Source: Eledone cirrhosa
Taxonomy: Eukaryota
Direction: 5' to 3'
Length of the DNA stretch: 64,000 nucleotides
NCBI GenBank assembly: GCA_964016885.1
Contig: OZ024742.1
Location: forward strand, 292,330,001-292,394,000
Positions 1 through 12,622 of the stretch are shown here, one piece after another. The notes under the pieces are model-generated. The model had not been told where the DNA came from. It was given only the letters and a program-made list of their open reading frames with translations, and did not search any database. The stretch's first letter is position 1, and each line of letters begins with the position of its first letter. The position numbers were made by a program, and so were the translations under genes.

Positions 1-1488
1 GCCACCTCCATATTATATGGTGGGTTATACCGTATAATGCGACGGGATCTATTTCTTCTAGGTCTATTCTCGTATTCTGTATATGCTACCTTATCGACAA
101 ATCCACTCCGAGCAAGAGCTTCATTGTAATAAGTGGAATGGTCGTTGAAAATATGCTCGTTAGTAGATAGACGGGAAAGCTTCAATGAAACGTTTCTTAC
201 CAGATTCTTGGTTATGCTGGCAGGATGGTTGGAATGCTTACTTATGTAATTAAGCGTATCATTCAGCTTTCTATACGGGTAATACACGCCATTCGATAAA
301 TTGAGGGTAACGTCGAGGTAATTAACGACCGAGAGGTTGGCCTCAACCTGTATAGAGAGGTTGAAGCCTTTAAAGAAGGCTGTGAATTCTTATCTGAACC
401 TGTCGCAAGCAGAGGGCCGCACTTAGTCATGGTCAAAAGACCATCATCACGGTACAAACCACCGCCCGCGTTGGGGAATTCGTCCTTGATAGAGAAAAGA
501 AGGAAAAGGCCGATAAGAGCAGTAACCTCCGCAGAATCGCTGGCGCCCATACTCACGTCGAATGGGGTACTATTGGATTTTTTAATCCAAATAGAGTCAT
601 CGAAATTAATCACCGACTTACGGGCATTGAGGATGACATCAACTTCGAAATCCTTAACCACTGTGAGTGTTTTAGCGAAATTGATAGCTCTAAAGAGAAG
701 TGGTAAAGTGATGGAGGAGTAGTAATTATTGATGTCGAATTGGATAAAACGGCAATGTTCCTTGTTGCATATGCCGTTGAACCAATCAATCACCGCGAAA
801 GAATTGTTCCACAGTGCAAGAGGAGCCAAACTTCTAATTTCAGGTATAATTCTATCAAGAATCCTTTTACTAAGTCTACCTAAATCGGACTTCGTAGGGT
901 TAATAAGCCGAATAGAGGGGTTGTTCGGAAAATTGGATTTGTGATCCTTCAGGGTAAAGTGGGGAAAAATAGGGTCCAGAGGTTCGGTCCGGTCCAGGAT
1001 GTTGAGATCAGAGGTGATTTTAAACCCAGCATCGTTGATTTCATTGATGACGCACCGATTAGTTTTACGGTAATCCTTAGTTACAGAATTATGTAGTAGT
1101 TGATGGTAAGTACTGCGCTCCACTTGATATAGGTTGCCAGTTTTGTCGGAATGGACGTGCACGGCATTAGAATCCTTAATAGAACGAATTCTATTCTTCA
1201 GGTCCTGCTGGAAGAAATTGCTCCTATTCCGAAATTTGATACTCCGTATGAGTTCCAAGACATCATTTTCGAAGGGTAGCAATGCTGGGTTCACGGAGGG
1301 TTATTATAGGTTTGAAACCCAAATTTATCCTGTTTGTTGTCTGCTTTTCGCGGATTATCGAAATAAAAGGCACGCCAACGAACCCTTTTAATAAACGCGT
1401 CTGTTTTTTGTATCAGGAGTTTTAGGTATGTTTTCCTGCTTCGTACGGGTATGTTCTTTGTAGAAATATTCAGATGTTGTTTCTGCAT
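1..1488 (-). mobile_element. Penelope-like element (Naiad-type), N-terminus and RT, frameshifted, running off the window start
   Basis: ORF 1291-1488 (KNIP...LIQKTDAFIKRVRWRAFYF) and ORF 263-1294 (SDKTGNLY, RLINPTKSDLG, QFDINNYYSSI, FDVSMGA, GLYRDDGL). A shifted frame continues with VNYLDVTLNL and SNHP motifs towards base 1. Confidence 0.9.
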
Positions 1489-1749
1489 GATGAATATAAG
1501 TCAATAGAGTGCTCCTGTTTTTGCGCGTAATTGTTTTTCACCGCTCCTATTAATGACGTATTATATTCGTTTTTCCCCGTTCTTTGCCAGGGAACGTTTC
1601 CATGAACCAAAGTATCGTCTTCCTGTCTTCCTCCGGTTGCAACGTGTTTTTAAATATCCACTTCTGCGTTTACAGATTGACTTTGTTAGTTTCAGAAGAT
1701 CCCGTTAAGGGTGAAAGCAGCGATTCTTTGCTTAAACTTTAATCTGTAA

Positions 1750-1842
<93 letters not shown>

Positions 1843-1977
1843 GTGTGGTTTTTTTTACAAAATGAAAAATAACCGAGGTGTCCTACACGAGTGAAAGTAT
1901 AAAGAAAAAAAGATGAAATCGAAAATGCAACTGGAGTCTTATTTAAAAAAAAATATATATATATATTTATTTGGTTC

Positions 1978-2013
1978 CTTTACCGGTTTCGCAGTTCTTC
2001 TGCTTTTCAAAAG
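1978..2013 (-). ncRNA. Minimal hammerhead ribozyme, U3-A8 core variant
   Basis: Minus strand: CTT-TTGAAAA-GCAG(AAGAA)CTGC-GAA-ACCGGT-A-AAG. Stems I and II pair, stem III is palindromic, triplet GUA. Confidence 0.7.
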
Positions 2014-2091
2014 TAGAGTTGAGATGGAGGGTCTGTGGTTTTTCTCACATATTTATGTATATATATATGTATATATGTATATATGTATATA

Positions 2092-2236
<145 letters not shown>

Positions 2237-2275
2237 GATATTAAATAAATGGAAACTATATGTATAAAACCATAT

Positions 2276-2342
2276 TTATTTCACTATACATATTTCAGGG
2301 ATACCAAATTAAAATATGGTATGCCTTCATCAGATAAAATAC
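2276..2342 (-). ncRNA. Minimal type I hammerhead ribozyme (short family A)
   Basis: Minus strand: TATTTTAT-CTGATGA-AGGCATACCA..TGGTATCCCT-GAA-ATATGTAT-A-GTGAAATA. Confidence 0.8.
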
Positions 2343-2742
2343 AATATATAAACAGTTTTATAAATAATTTTGACGTACCCTATTAGATGCAACCATTATT
2401 TTTGGAAGCTGTCTGGATAGTGAGATGTTTATAATTATTTTATTAGTTATAGTGTTAAGCACAGTTAGAAAAAACGGAGAGAAAGAAAAAAATGGAGAGA
2501 GAGAAGGAGAGAGAGAAAAGGAATGTATGCAGAAAAGAAAGATATAAATAGATAGGAGGAAATGAAAAAGAAAGAAAAAAGGAAGAAATAAGAAAAACAA
2601 AAGAAAGCAACAGAGAAATAATAATTCATCATACAGATAGAGAAACTCAAGAGAGAGGAAGTACTATATAGAGAGAGGAGGATATAGTGACAACATTATT
2701 CAAAATATTAATAAATGAAGACATTCACATAATCAAAATATA

Positions 2743-2810
2743 TGTTTTATTATATATATTTCGAAGGAACTGTGTTGTTTTTTCAGTACGTCCTCGTCAG
2801 ATAAAATACA
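2743..2810 (-). ncRNA. Minimal type I hammerhead ribozyme
   Basis: Minus strand: TATTTTAT-CTGACGA-GGACGTACTG..CAGTTCCTTC-GAA-ATATATAT-A-ATAAAA. Stem II is imperfect. Confidence 0.7.
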
Positions 2811-2935
2811 TTAATTGATGTATGACATACCTCAACGGTCTTGATGGTTCAATTCCAGTATTGGCAGTCAATGAACGATATTAATCTTTGGTTATATATA
2901 TATATATACATATACATATATACATACATACATAT

Positions 2936-3009
<74 letters not shown>

Positions 3010-3517
3010 TTCAAGAGTAACCAATCTTAAAGAGAGAGATGGAGATAGGAGAGGAGATAGGAGAAGAGAGATTGGTGAATTAGTTAGAAGCCAAAGCGTA
3101 AAGGCATGTGCTCAATGTGCAATATGCAGTAGAAAGGTAAATATGTCCTTTGGCGGCCATCTTGTTACCCATAGGCAGATCTCACACAATGCAGCCTCGA
3201 CAGATGAATACTGCTTGGTTATGGCTGACAACTGATGCAACCAAGACACCATAGTGAAACACCAATATATGGAACACTACATTATGTAACATTCTCTCCT
3301 TATTTTAATTTATATTCCTTTGAATTCCAATGAAGTTCCTGTTTTTAAATATGTTAATTATTTTCAACTGAACCAGATCAATAAAGATATATAGTCATCT
3401 GATCCAGAAATATAATATGGAGTAGCGAAACAATTGTAAACGGACATTATTATTATTAATATTATTAATATCATCATCATCGTTTAACATCTATCTTCCA
3501 TGCTAGCATGGGTTAGA

Positions 3518-3549
<32 letters not shown>

Positions 3550-3587
3550 TATGTATGTTTATATATATAAATAATTGTTTCTACTTT

Positions 3588-3782
3588 AGGGCGGTGGATT
3601 GGCAGTATCGGTAGAGGGTCTGACGCTATGCTTTGCAGCAAAGAGTTACGCCCCTTTATGGTTTGAGTTCAAATCCCGCCGAGGTTAACTTTGCCTTTCA
3701 TCCTTACGGGGTCGATAAAATAAAGTACCAGTAATGCACTGGATAATTGCTGGCCTTGTGCCAAAAGTAGAAACAATTATTA
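3588..3782 (+). mobile_element. tRNA-headed SINE, family 1
   Basis: A-box-like TGGCAGTATCGG, B-box GAGTTCAAATCCC, conserved body GCCTTTCATCCTTACGGGGTCGATAAAATAAAGTACC and (ATT)n tail. More than 10 full or partial copies in the window. Confidence 0.9.
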
Positions 3783-3928
3783 TTAATATTATTATTATTA
3801 TTATTATTCTCTACATTCCTTACATCACACTAAAATATGTTGACAATCTTTTAATAATGTCTTCCTTGTGAAATTTGTGGTCTTGTTTTGCTTAACTAAT
3901 GAATATATATATATATATATGCATACAT

Positions 3929-3976
<48 letters not shown>

Positions 3977-4010
3977 AGGATGAATATAAAATGAAAGTGC
4001 TTTTTTTAAA

Positions 4011-4190
4011 TATTATCTGATGAGCGAACTGGAAATTTCTGTCAGAATTCATGACAGATTTCTGTTTAGTTTCCTGAAACCTTAGGTAATGGAATAATTA
4101 TATTGTGTTGTATATTATGTAATTAAATAGCTCTGTACTATACATAGAGCACTCTTCTATCCTTTGATTTTTCTATGGAAATACATAACA
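4011..4190 (+). mobile_element. Solo Naiad-type pseudo-LTR with hammerhead (4011-4092) and the first ORF codons
   Basis: TTAT-CTGATGA-long stem II (TCTGTCA/TGACAGA)-GAA-ACCTTAGGT-A-ATGG, then AGAGCACTC and ATGGAAATACATAAC. This matches the layout ahead of the ORFs starting at 1488 and 33444. Confidence 0.75.
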
Positions 4191-4260
4191 TATATATATA
4201 TATATCATCATCATCATCATCATCGTTTAACATCTATCTTCCATGCTAGCATGGGTTAGA

Positions 4261-4292
<32 letters not shown>

Positions 4293-4311
4293 TATGTATG
4301 TATATATAAAT

Positions 4312-4480
4312 AATTGTTTCTACTTTAGGCACAAGGCCAGCAATTACTTTATTTTATCGACCCCATAAGGATGAAAGGCAAAGTTAACCTCGGCGAGATT
4401 TGAACTCAGATCATAAAGGGACGTAACTATGCTGGAAAGCATGGCATCCGAACCTCTACCGATACTGCCAATCCACCACC
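4312..4480 (-). mobile_element. SINE family 1
   Basis: Reverse complement of 3588-3782 with an internal deletion. Confidence 0.9.
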
Positions 4481-4689
4481 CTATATATATATAAATAATA
4501 AGTGTAAATAAAAGTTTAGCTGTTGTACAGCAAGTACTATTCGGTTTGTTTGAGGCAATCACAATGGACTCAATGGATGGAAAGTTAAAAACAAAAATTA
4601 AGTCCAGGGTTAACAGCATAACTACAAAGTGTGACAACAAAACTTTCTCTCTACAAATAAAAGCTTGCATGATGCATGATGCCTGCCTG

Positions 4690-5055
4690 TGAAGTGTGAT
4701 GTTTGCATGATAGAAAAACATGGACAGTGAAAGCAGAGGACAGGCGAAAGCTGGAATGAAATGGAGCATACATGATTCAAGAAATGTGGGATATTAATGT
4801 GCCTGAACAGAAAAGTATGGATGTGCTGAGAAAAACTCAGCATAAGAAGAATACCAAGAATTGCAATGGAAGGAAGCTGCAGTAGAAAAAAAAAACAAAG
4901 AAGACCTGGACAGATGTGGTGAGAGCTTATCTGGAAATACTCAATCTCCTTGAGTTGACATAGGCATGCAATAAATGGATGACGGCTGTACTGGAAAAGA
5001 CCAGTCCAACCAATGCAAGGATGGAAAAGCAGACATAAAAGGATGATGATGATGA
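4690..5055 (+). mobile_element. Decayed RTE LINE 3' end
   Basis: Remnants of HGSE.W / ERNE..M / RP.KTW..VV..DL motifs and a (GAT)n tail shared with the RTE at 49228-50322. Confidence 0.7.
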
Positions 5056-5989
5056 TATATGTATATAAATATATATAGTAAAACAAAGTGAGATAAATGA
5101 GAGAATACCGTGTTTGCATTGGAATGTGATTAATCAAATGCAAAGAAAGGAGTGAGGAATGTGATGAAATATGAACAGCCTACTGAAAAACTATGAGATT
5201 AGAGGATGCAGCTGAATATCAGAATTTTCCTTGTATTCTGTTGCACTTCCAAGTTTTTTTCACACATTCCTGCATTGTTCTGTCTGTTGTTCATTTGTTT
5301 CTTTGCATTTGATTTATATATATATTACCCATGCTATCATGGAAGTAAGGACGTAAAACGATGATGCTGATGATGATATATATATATTTTACTCAATTTT
5401 GCTGTCTGAAGAAATGATGATAACTATATGTTATAATGGCTCAATTAATAAAAGACTCAAACATTTACAACTTTGCATTTTCCTCTTTAAATTATATTTC
5501 GTCAACCTTAAAGAACTAATAAGATGTTGAGTGCTTAAAGTGAATTGCATATTGCTTCCTTGTCTACCAAATGTGTGTATATATATATATATGTGTGTAT
5601 GTGTGTGTAAAATCCCAAAGGCAAAGTTAAATATATATGTATATATATATATATATATTTTAACTTTACCTTTCATCCATTCAAGGTCAATAAAAAAAGT
5701 ATAAGTCTAGTACCGAGGTCGATTCTTCCTCTATATCTCTTTCTCATTTCCATTCTCTCACTCTCTATCCTTCTCTGGAAGAAATCTGCTGTATTTAGAC
5801 CTAAAAAAGAGATGGGCTCAACCAGGTTTAAAAAGAATGTCCTGGAAATGCTGGAAGTTACAAGACAAAAAGGATATCAAGATCTATGGAGTTCTTAGTT
5901 CCTGGACTTCTGTTTACCTCTGCAAAATTGGGAAAACATTATGCATGCCATTTCGCTAACAAATTAAATACATGATAATTTCCTGTGAT

Positions 5990-6680
5990 CAATAAATAAA
6001 TTACTAATCATGCCTACTTCACCAGAAATACAATATGGAGTCTCTGGTATATGAATCCGAAGTCACATTGACCTTGACACACAAACCTACAGAAGTCAGG
6101 CCTATGTGGGAATGTTGGAAGGCAGGTTTAAATACTTTTTCCTAAATCATAAATCAACTTTCAGATGCCACGATCCAAAAAATAATACCAAGCTCAACAG
6201 CCACATATGGAAATTGAAAGACAGCAGTGTGGACTTGTCTATCAAAATGGAAAATACTGTCAGGATCCAGATCTTATTCTAATGGTTCCACAAAATATTA
6301 GTTAGGCACAACTGAGAGGTGGAATAATCTAAAGAACTAAAAACCTCTAATACTTCCACAACTCAAGAGATTTCTTCAATTATTGCCGCACACTACTAAA
6401 TTCATTCGTAAACAATGGAAAATCCCACCTACATTGTTTGAGCTTTCATCATTTCACTTTCTTTTTAACTTTTCTCCTCGTCACACTTTCATACAGAGAC
6501 TGTTTTTTTTTTTTTTAATATGGTGATTAAACTGGAGAACTTACATACTGTTGGCTTTCCTAATCCAAAAACTAAAAACTAATTTGTATGCAGTGAAACA
6601 ATTGTAGTGAATATGCCATATTTAGAATAGTTTAATAAATTTATATATTCCAACTATTATTACAAGTCAGGTGCTCTCAC
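5990..6680 (+). mobile_element. Decayed Naiad GIY-YIG remnant plus pseudo-LTR
   Basis: Broken frames give NHKSTF, TKLNSHIWKLKD, KWKIL. GAAACAATTGTA near 6596 matches the hammerhead stem III at 11735. Confidence 0.6.
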
Positions 6681-6815
6681 ATCTTTGGCTATTCAATTGG
6701 ATGGTGATGATGATTATGATGATGACTACATGTATATGTATGTATATATATAGATATATATATATATATTTCCTCTGTGAACATATCACAAAGTTGCCAG
6801 TATGTATATGTATAT

Positions 6816-6850
<35 letters not shown>

Positions 6851-7838
6851 ATATGTGCATGTGTATATGTGTGTTTGTGTATATGTCGATATGTCTGTGT
6901 CTATGTTTATGTTTACTGTTTGTCTATGTTCTGTAATTTATTGGTTTCACAAGAATGATCGATAACATAAGAACAAGACTTGAAAAATATAAATACTTAG
7001 GTCGATATGATTGACTATATCTCTATAACCCTTTAGCACAAAAATATAATGGTAAATATAGAGTAATGTAAATGCTAAAGCATTCAGGTAGTGCTCCAGC
7101 ATGGCTGCAATCTAATAACTGCAAAAGTAAATAAATAAAAGAATAAAATACCAATCTGTTTGTCCATCATAGAATATTCTGAAAACCTCCACGGAACCTC
7201 AACTGCCCAAATATTTTTATTAAATCATAAGCAGCTGGGCTAAGACATTGAATAAACCTTATAGTACAGCATGGAACAAATTTGGCTAATTCCTGTAGAA
7301 TCAAATTAGAGTCTGGGAGAATTTGTCTTCCTGCTTTGTTCAGTTAATTTTGCTCCAACCAGCACAAGAGACATTTGTATTCTGTCATGTTTAACACAAT
7401 TTCATTTCTGTTTGACTAAGGTCGTTCACTTAGTTTCACTGAAGGATTAGTAAGAAATGGAATGTATTATTTTGGCTTTAGAATCTTGGAAGTCAATTCT
7501 ATTATGCATGGCACCATACATACAACTAGACCACCGCACCACCACTATACCAGCACCATTCCACCACCATAATGGCAGAAGTAATTAGTTTTGAAATACT
7601 TTCAAAGTCTTGTTGGAATTCACAACCCTTTTCACATGCAAACATACACAATCATACAGACTCACAGACACAGACACACAGACACGGACACACGCGCATG
7701 CATGCACACACATACACACACATATGTATGATAGGAGTAATACACTAAATACACTTACATAGAAGCATACATTCATGAATAAATAAATACATACTTGAAT
7801 ATACACATATATATATATATATACATGCACACATCCAG

Positions 7839-7890
<52 letters not shown>

Positions 7891-7914
7891 TCAAACATAT
7901 ATATATATAGAGAG

Positions 7915-8871
7915 AGATTACAATAATCAAAGTTCAGTTTAAATCATTTATTTGCTTACAATTGTTTCCTCCAAACCGAGGTTTGGATTCTTCGGAGCAA
8001 CTATTTAGTGATCTATAACATACTTGACCTCCTTTTCAACACAAGAGACATATAAAAACATATGCACATATTGATCCACAGTGGGATGACATCCATCAAA
8101 ATGATATAGCATGGCAATTTACATATAAAGGTTAAAGGATAAAAATAAAAATAAAAATAAAAATAAAAATAAAAATAAAAATGAAAATAAAAATGAAGCA
8201 TTGGCAGTTTATGAAGATAAAGCAAGAGGAAAGTTTAGAGTAGTCAGTGTATGAAACAATCTCACGTGTAGCATGCACGCGTGTCTTATTTATACAGGAT
8301 TAGAGTGCGTCAGAATGTTATTTGCAGGGTCAGGCAGTTGAAGCAGGCAATCGATATTATTTCGCATACACCTGTATGATATACAGTCCCGAATGTAGAG
8401 AAACACCAAAATATCAAAAATTTCAAACATATTATAAACCATATTATATCGTAGGCAAAACAGTAGCACTGTCTTCGCGCACACCACCACTCACATAATC
8501 CATGAGACGCAATATATAGACCACGGGTCTATCATATAATTCACGATGGTTCAGCATATGACCAAGTTATAAACCGTATCTTGTTGATTCTTAATTAATA
8601 GATCATGTTGTTTAGTTTTGTGTGATGATGTTATATTCCGGAAGTGTCTGTATGACCAAGGGGAATTAATGCGTAAGGGGAGGTAACTAGCTGGTTTTCT
8701 TAGTTAAATTTATTATCCTAAATTACATTAATGGTGTTTCAAATAAGTGCCTATCATATGATGTTATAACTAATTTCTAGATTATGCTACTTATTTATAG
8801 GTTACAGTGTTGTCTATTAAGAAGTACTAAGGTGTATATATCAGGATGATTACCTTCCATTAGGGGGTGTC
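7915..8871 (-). repeat. Inverted copy (~955 bp) of the 3' pseudo-LTR at 10832-11790
   Basis: Near-identical reverse complement. The ORF track shows mirrored peptides at 8290-8490/11214-11414 and 8013-8225/11479-11667. Confidence 0.97.
7950..8001 (-). ncRNA. Minimal hammerhead ribozyme in the inverted pseudo-LTR
   Basis: Reverse complement of 11703-11750. Confidence 0.8.
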
Positions 8872-8895
8872 AAAGTAACAAATCACCAGACATAA

Positions 8896-9765
8896 AAAAA
8901 CAGAAATAGAAGAAGAAATAATACATTTTTCAACCCTCCTTTCAATCTAAACGTCTCTACCAACCTACCTAGGGCTTTCTTCTCACTACTGGATAAACAC
9001 TGCCCATCCGGTCACAGGTACCATAGCCTTTTAAACAAAAACACTATTAAAATCTCATACTCTACTACGCCTAACTTAGCATACCACATAGCTAGTAGCA
9101 ATAAAAGAAAAATTAATTCTTACTTCCAACAAACTAAATCACAACAGACGATAAACCTTCAAAATAACATTCAAAATAACATTATAGCAACTAACCATAA
9201 TATCAATGGAAATAATAGTATTGGTACTAGTGTAAACATTAACGCTGCGAACGACAACCCACATAACCATAACCCTATAGCTAACATCCAAACTTCTACA
9301 CAGCATAGTAACCGGCAGACTAGCACCCAGAATAATTGTAACTGTAGATCAAATAGAACCTGCCCTTTAGATAAAAAATGCTTAAACAAGGATATCATAT
9401 ACTCATGTACAGTCACAACTAGCAACTCTTCTGAAACCTATATAGGCTCTACTTCTAACTGCTTCAAAACTAGATACAATTCGCACCTCCACTCTTTCAA
9501 AAAACACAGTCTAGCCAACTCCACTTCCCTATCTAGCTACATACACTATCTAAAAACTAAAAATAAAATATATACACTTAAATGGGAAGTGGTAGGTAGT
9601 GCATCATCGTACAAACCACCTAATAAATTTTGCAACCTCTGTCTACTAGAGACCCATACTATCATCTTCTCTAACCATAATCTCCTTAATAAAAAATCAG
9701 AAGTGTTCGCATCTTGCCAACACCGCTTCCGACACTCTTTCCAAAACTTTAAACCCTATATATAA
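8896..9765 (+). pseudogene. 5'-truncated Naiad ORF: RT thumb, Asn-rich linker and GIY-YIG endonuclease (uninterrupted frame, absent from the ORF track)
   Basis: Manual translation: NRNRRRNNTFFNPPFNLNVSTN...IKISYST...CNCRSNRTCPLDKKC...IIYSC...TYIGSTSNCFKTRYNSH...CNLCLLE...LLNKKSE...CQHR, stop at 9763-9765. Confidence 0.92.
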
Positions 9766-10327
9766 CAATGTCAGACTGGAACCGTCACCACCCCTAGCAA
9801 TTAGCATCAGTAGCACACCTTACACCTCATCTCCACACCCATTTATATACTCTAAGGGTAATACTGGCAGCATTATAGTACCATCTACCCTGGGGATACC
9901 CCATGTACTTCTAATTCTGATATCTCGGCCGTGGACTACTTAAACTGCATTGCACAAATATATGATTAATATAAACTGTAGACACGGTATTGGTTGTGCT
10001 AACATAGTCCTGTGCATGAAGTGCCACCATGAGATAGATTGATGATTAAGTAGGTAATCTTATTATTATGTGACTATATATTCTATACGATCAGTTCAAT
10101 GAATTATGCACAGGTGATACATGAGTTAGGAGTTTCTGTGTTGCTTGATGACCTGATTGGTATATTTTGATGAGAGAACTGGCCCCCGGACCACCCTGGT
10201 GAATTTACCGGGGATGCAGTCATACAATGACCTGAAACTTGCCGGGAGTCTTGTATGATAATAAGACCATTATTAGTAGTGAGACCCATATAATTAATTT
10301 TGTAGTCTGACTCTTCTTATAGATTGT

Positions 10328-10662
10328 CCAGGTGTGGCACTCCATATTAGACTGTAATCATCATGATATGAACTCCTTTAGTACTTATTAATAGACTCCA
10401 CTCTAATTTGTAGATAAGATACCTAATTTAATCTATATATGGGATGGGAGTTTATGTATTGCTTGATGGCCAGACTGGTGTCTTTATAAGAGAGATTTGA
10501 TCTCCAGATTGTAATCATCATGATATGAACTCCTTTAGTACCTATTAATAGACTCCACTCTAATTTGTAGATAAGATACCTAATTTAACTTATATATGAG
10601 ATGGGAGTTAATCTATTGCTTGATGGCCAAACTGGTGTCTTTATATGAGAAATTTGATCTCC
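10328..10662 (+). repeat. ~180 bp tandem duplication in the Naiad 3' UTR
   Basis: AGAYTGTAATCATCATGATATGAACTCCTTTAGTAC...GATTTGATCTCC occurs twice; a diverged third unit starts near 10850. Confidence 0.85.
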
Positions 10663-11702
10663 GGACCAACCTGAAGATATTCAGATTTACCAAGGATTCA
10701 GACATATAATGACCCAGAGCCTACCGGGAGTCATATATAATAATAGGACCATGCCAGGTCCTGCAGGAGGTATTACATTTACAAAGAACTTTGATTTGGG
10801 GGTCTGACTCTTCTTATAGAATGGTCAGATATGACACCCCCTAATGGAAGGTAATCATCCTGATATATACACCTTAGTACTTCTTAATAGACAACACTGT
10901 AACCTATAAATAAGTAGCATAATCTAGAAATTAGTTATAACATCATATGATAGGCACTTATTTGAAACACCATTAATGTAATTTAGGATAATAAATTTAA
11001 CTAAGAAAACCAGCTAGTTACCTCCCCTTACGCATTAATTCCCCTTGGTCATACAGACACTTCCGGAATATAACATCATCACACAAAACTAAACAACATG
11101 ATCTATTAATTAAGTATCGACAAGATACGGTTTATAACTTGGTTATATGCTGAACCATCGTGAATTATATGATAGACCCGTGGTCTATATATTGCGTCTC
11201 ATGGATTATGTGAGTGGTGGTGTGCGCGAAGACAGTGGTACTGTTTTGCCTACGATATAATATGGTTTATAATATGTTTGATATTTTTGATATTTTGGTG
11301 TTTCTCTACATTCGGGACTGTATATCATACAGGTGTATGCGAAATAATATCGATTGCCTGCTTCAACTGCCTGACCCTGCAAATAACATTCTGACGCACT
11401 CTAATCCTGTATAAATAAAACACGCGTGCATGCTACACGTGAGATTGTTTCATACACTGACTACTCTAAACTTTCCTCTTGCTTTATCTTCATAAACTGC
11501 CAATGCTTCATTTTTATTTTCATTTTTATTTTTATTTTTATTTTTATTTTTATTTTTATTTTTATCCTTTAACCTTTATATGTAAATTGCCATGCTATAT
11601 CATTTTGATGGATGTCATCCCACTGTGGATCAATATGTGCATATGTTTTATATGTCTCTTGTGTTGAAAAGGAGGTCAAGTATGTTATAGATCACTAAAT
11701 AG

Positions 11703-11750
11703 TTGCTCCGAAGAATCCAAACCTCGGTTTGGAGGAAACAATTGTAAGCA
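11703..11750 (+). ncRNA. Minimal type I hammerhead ribozyme in a Naiad pseudo-LTR
   Basis: TTGCT-CCGAAGA-A-TCCAAAC(CTCG)GTTTGGA-G-GAA-ACAATTGT-A-AGCAA. Perfect stem I, palindromic stem III, GUA triplet, U4C variant. Confidence 0.85.
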
Positions 11751-11978
11751 AATAAATGATTTAAACTGAACTTTGATTATTGTAATCTCTATATAACTAC
11801 TCTGTAAAACAACCGATGTTATTACATTGAGCTATTTATCTTACTCGTAATAAGATAGTAATTAATGACTATCTTTCACTATTTAGGGTTTGTATAAAAA
11901 ATATATTACCATAAAAGGTTTTATTACATACATAACCATAAATAGTATCCTTAATACTATATATATATATATGTTTGA

Positions 11979-12029
<51 letters not shown>

Positions 12030-12300
12030 TGAGTATATATATATATATATAACTATATATATATGTGTGTGTGTCTGGATGTGTGCATGTATATGTATGT
12101 AAACTTTTGAAAATAAAGCCTTCATAATATTCTTCCTTTGGCTAAATTTATTATTTCAGAACTGTCTTTTATTGACTTACTTTCATCTAGTTAAGGAAGC
12201 TCCTTGACATAAACACACACAAACACATACACACACACATACACCCACACATACACCCACACATACACGCACACTTATATATAGCATATGTATATATAAA

Positions 12301-12400
12301 CAGTTTGTCCCCCAAAAATGTATGCATGCTTCAACAGCATTCTAATAAATATTGCCTGTACAGGTAATCAAAGTGTGTATACATTTTTTGGGACACCCTG
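12301..12400. mobile_element. Tc1/mariner-type MITE (~100 bp)
   Basis: TIR CAGGGTGTCCCAAAAAATGTATACACACTT (left TIR decayed), TA context. Second copy at 62140-62242. Confidence 0.8.
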
Positions 12401-12622
12401 TATATATATATATATATAAGTATGTACACGTACATACATATATGTATACAGACGTACAGTAGTATGTATATATATATACATACATGCACACATATATATA
12501 TGTACGTATGGATTCACCGAACATTTATTATAATGCTCGGTGTGTTTATAAACAAACAACCCGTATTAAGCCGTAGTGTCCAGCAACCATCGTTGCTCGT
12601 TTGTTCAACACTGACAAAGGAA

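Noticed and set aside
1288-1296. TGA ending the first Naiad ORF as possible selenocysteine (some Naiads are reported to be selenoproteins)
   Set aside because: Homology continues in a different frame, so it is a frameshift. Cys codons in the endonucleases at 9337-9720 and 55399-55860 are TGT/TGC, and I saw no SECIS.
1688-1730. Hammerhead-like CAGAAGA-TCCC(GTTAA)GGGT-GAAAGC
   Set aside because: U4A core and no convincing stem III, triplet or stem I; at best a decayed copy.
3588-3680. tRNA gene
   Set aside because: A and B boxes are present, but the head is fused to a repeated SINE body and no full cloverleaf is evident.
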